DNA of 64,000 nucleotides from Eledone cirrhosa (lineage: Eukaryota). The notes under the pieces are model-generated. The model was not told the origin of the DNA and did no database searches. It saw only the letters and a program-made list of their open reading frames with translations. The position numbers and the translations under genes are program-made. This document shows positions 62,126-64,000 of this stretch, piece after piece. Every line of letters begins with the position of its first letter. The first letter of the stretch is position 1. The stretch covers positions 8,479 to 72,478 of the forward strand of contig CAXHJY010000446.1 of the NCBI GenBank assembly GCA_964016885.1, in the 5' to 3' direction.

Positions 62126-63134
62126 CAGTGGAATATTAACTATATATGTGTATGTATATATATGTGTGTGTGTGCGTGTGTATGTGTGTGTTTATGTGTC
62201 TGTCTGTGTGTAAGTAAGAGGTAGAGGTATTCAGCACTTTTACACATGGTTGTGCAGTGAGATTACGTAAATCCTCGTTCGAATCTTTTAGTATCAGCTT
62301 GGAATTACCGCCTGTTATTAGTTTATAAAATAAAAGTATTAACTATGTACTAAAGTATTATCACTGTTTAATTTTACACGATAAAGTTTAGTACTTATAT
62401 ATTTGTCTCGTTCTTAATAACAAAATCAATAATATCAAATATTGGAACTTGACGTATCTCGAATTTGTGTTCAGTGATTAAGAATACAAGCAATCTATCA
62501 TTTTAGGAAACGACATAACTTATGAAGATACAGCTAAATCTTTTCATGTTATCGAATTTTATCATGTGTAAATGAATTCTGTAAGGCAGCAGCAGACAGA
62601 TTTGTCAATATAAACCCAATGGTGATGACTGAGATGTAAATCAGATCAATATCTGAGTAAAATATGATGAATTAATAGATCTGACAGCCACGAGATAATT
62701 AAGAATATAAGATTGATTACGTAGAGATGATGAAATGAAAGAGAGGATGTAATATAAATAAAAGAACCCGATTCAATACTCTGGTACGTTTTGGAAGGTT
62801 AATACTTTATCTTACGTAACCGAGTGCTATATATTATCAAGGATTCCTGTGAACCAGCTTATTTTTACACCGGCTGAAGAAGCGAAGAGTCGCAGAAACA
62901 TACAGGAACACAATATTTAAACAAGTGAAAGAACATAACTGTAAGTTTTGAAGCAGTGAGACGTTTCCCTTGGATAGCCAATGCATATGTAATTGCATCA
63001 CATCACCTGAAATAAATCAAAAACAAAACAAAAGCTTAACACTGTGCTTTACATTGGTTTAACAGAAGACTCATTTAAAAACCAGAGATTATATGAAATA
63101 TAGATCGGTTTCAAACATTATCAGAAAGGAAAAA

Positions 63135-63305
63135 ATATATCAGGATGCAGATTTGGCAAAAGAAGTTTTACTAGTATTACAGATCCTATCTTGAAGAGAT
63201 TCATTCTATAATATAGGAGTAATGTTTCATTGATATATATCACATCAAAAACCAGTCGCTCTCCAGTATGGAAACACATGATAGAACTAAAGAATGTGAC
63301 CGGTA
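63135..63305 (+). pseudogene. Possible decayed GIY-YIG endonuclease fragment
   Basis: One frame reads GCRFGKRSFTSITDPILKRFIL*YRSNV...SPVWKHMIEL, loosely matching C..C...YIG.T...L..R..EH...S.V..H. Key residues are mutated. Confidence 0.3.
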
Positions 63306-63470
63306 TGAGCTTCCTTATATCTCTGTCTATGTGAAGCACAAATATCAAGGGATACGTCGCTATGTTATATATTACCTCAACAACCAAGCTGGTGACGGCT
63401 GAATATCAGTTTGTCCAGTTCTTGCCTACTCTCTATCTGGGTCAAACATTTTCCTATATATATATATATA

Positions 63471-63528
63471 GGGCGGTGCCCCAGCATGGCCTCAGCCGGA
63501 TGGCTGAAACAGGTAAAATAGTAAAAGA

Positions 63529-63530
<2 letters not shown>
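63471..63530 (+). mobile_element. Short retroposon 3'-tail fragment
   Basis: ggcggtgccccagcatggcc.cagcc....ggctgaaaca.gtaaaa between (TA)n tracts, resembling a SINE/LINE tail recalled from octopus DNA. Confidence 0.45.
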
Positions 63531-63568
<38 letters not shown>

Positions 63569-63574
<6 letters not shown>

Positions 63575-64000
63575 CATGGATAATAACAGGTAGACATCAT
63601 AAAAAGGTAATTTATTCTGTGTGCTTACAGATGTTTCCACGGTGGTTATACAGCCTAGTTATGCTATGTTCAAATTTATAACTATTTGCAAAACTCAATT
63701 ATCAAATGCTGTGACCACTGTATCATTCTGCTCTGATGATACAGTGGTCACAGCATTTGATAATTGAGTTTTGCAAATAGTTATAAATTTGCACATAGCA
63801 TAACTAGGCTGTATAACCACCGTGGAAACATTTGTAAGCACACAGAATAAATTACCTTTTTATGATGTCTACCTGTTATTATTCATTCTTTATCTACACT
63901 CCGGAATACAGAAGGATCAGGAACTAAGTTTCTTCAACAATTCTTCCATAACTCGTTGAGTAATCTCTCACCGTACCGTCAACTCTATCCAGTATAGTAA
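63569..64000 (+). mobile_element. Palindromic PLE-like element (63569-63893, arms about 158 bp, 9-nt spacer) with 3' tail
   Basis: The left arm is the reverse complement of the right arm with about 4 mismatches. Begins at the end of a (TA)n tract. Confidence 0.82.
63729..63840 (+). ncRNA. Type I hammerhead motif with a stem II domain of about 85 nt
   Basis: Stem I tgct/agca; CTGATGA at 63733; stem II base tacagtggt/accaccgtg plus acagc/gctgt; GAAAC at 63825; stem III aca/tgt; GUA site at 63834-63836. Confidence 0.75.

Overview
AT-rich, microsatellite-saturated animal DNA with no credible host protein-coding exon. The long ORFs are mostly read-throughs of (TA)n, (CA)n, (GAT)n, (ACC)n or minisatellite DNA. 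The tRNA-derived SINEs and repeat texture resemble octopod cephalopod genomes; this is recalled knowledge and was not verified by a search. The window holds about 20 copies of one tRNA-SINE family, two further SINE families, several minisatellites and local tandem duplications, 3' fragments of an L1/Tx1-like LINE that always lie next to (ATCT)n, and a probable RTE relic. The most striking signal is a set of short, mutually diverged elements, mostly embedded in (TA)n tracts, that carry type I hammerhead-ribozyme motifs (CUGANGA...GAAA...NUH). Plus-strand folds with all three stems occur at about 21.0, 23.1, 27.8, 34.7 and 63.7 kb, the 34.7 kb locus has a mirror fold on the minus strand, and about 10 more loci are partial or decayed. 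Many are folded back into head-to-head palindromes whose turning point lies in or just 5' of the ribozyme, two have very large stem II insertions, and most share a TTGAGTAC-like motif near the 3' end. The best interpretation is Penelope-like-element (PLE) termini or non-autonomous ribozyme retroelements. All folds were derived by eye.
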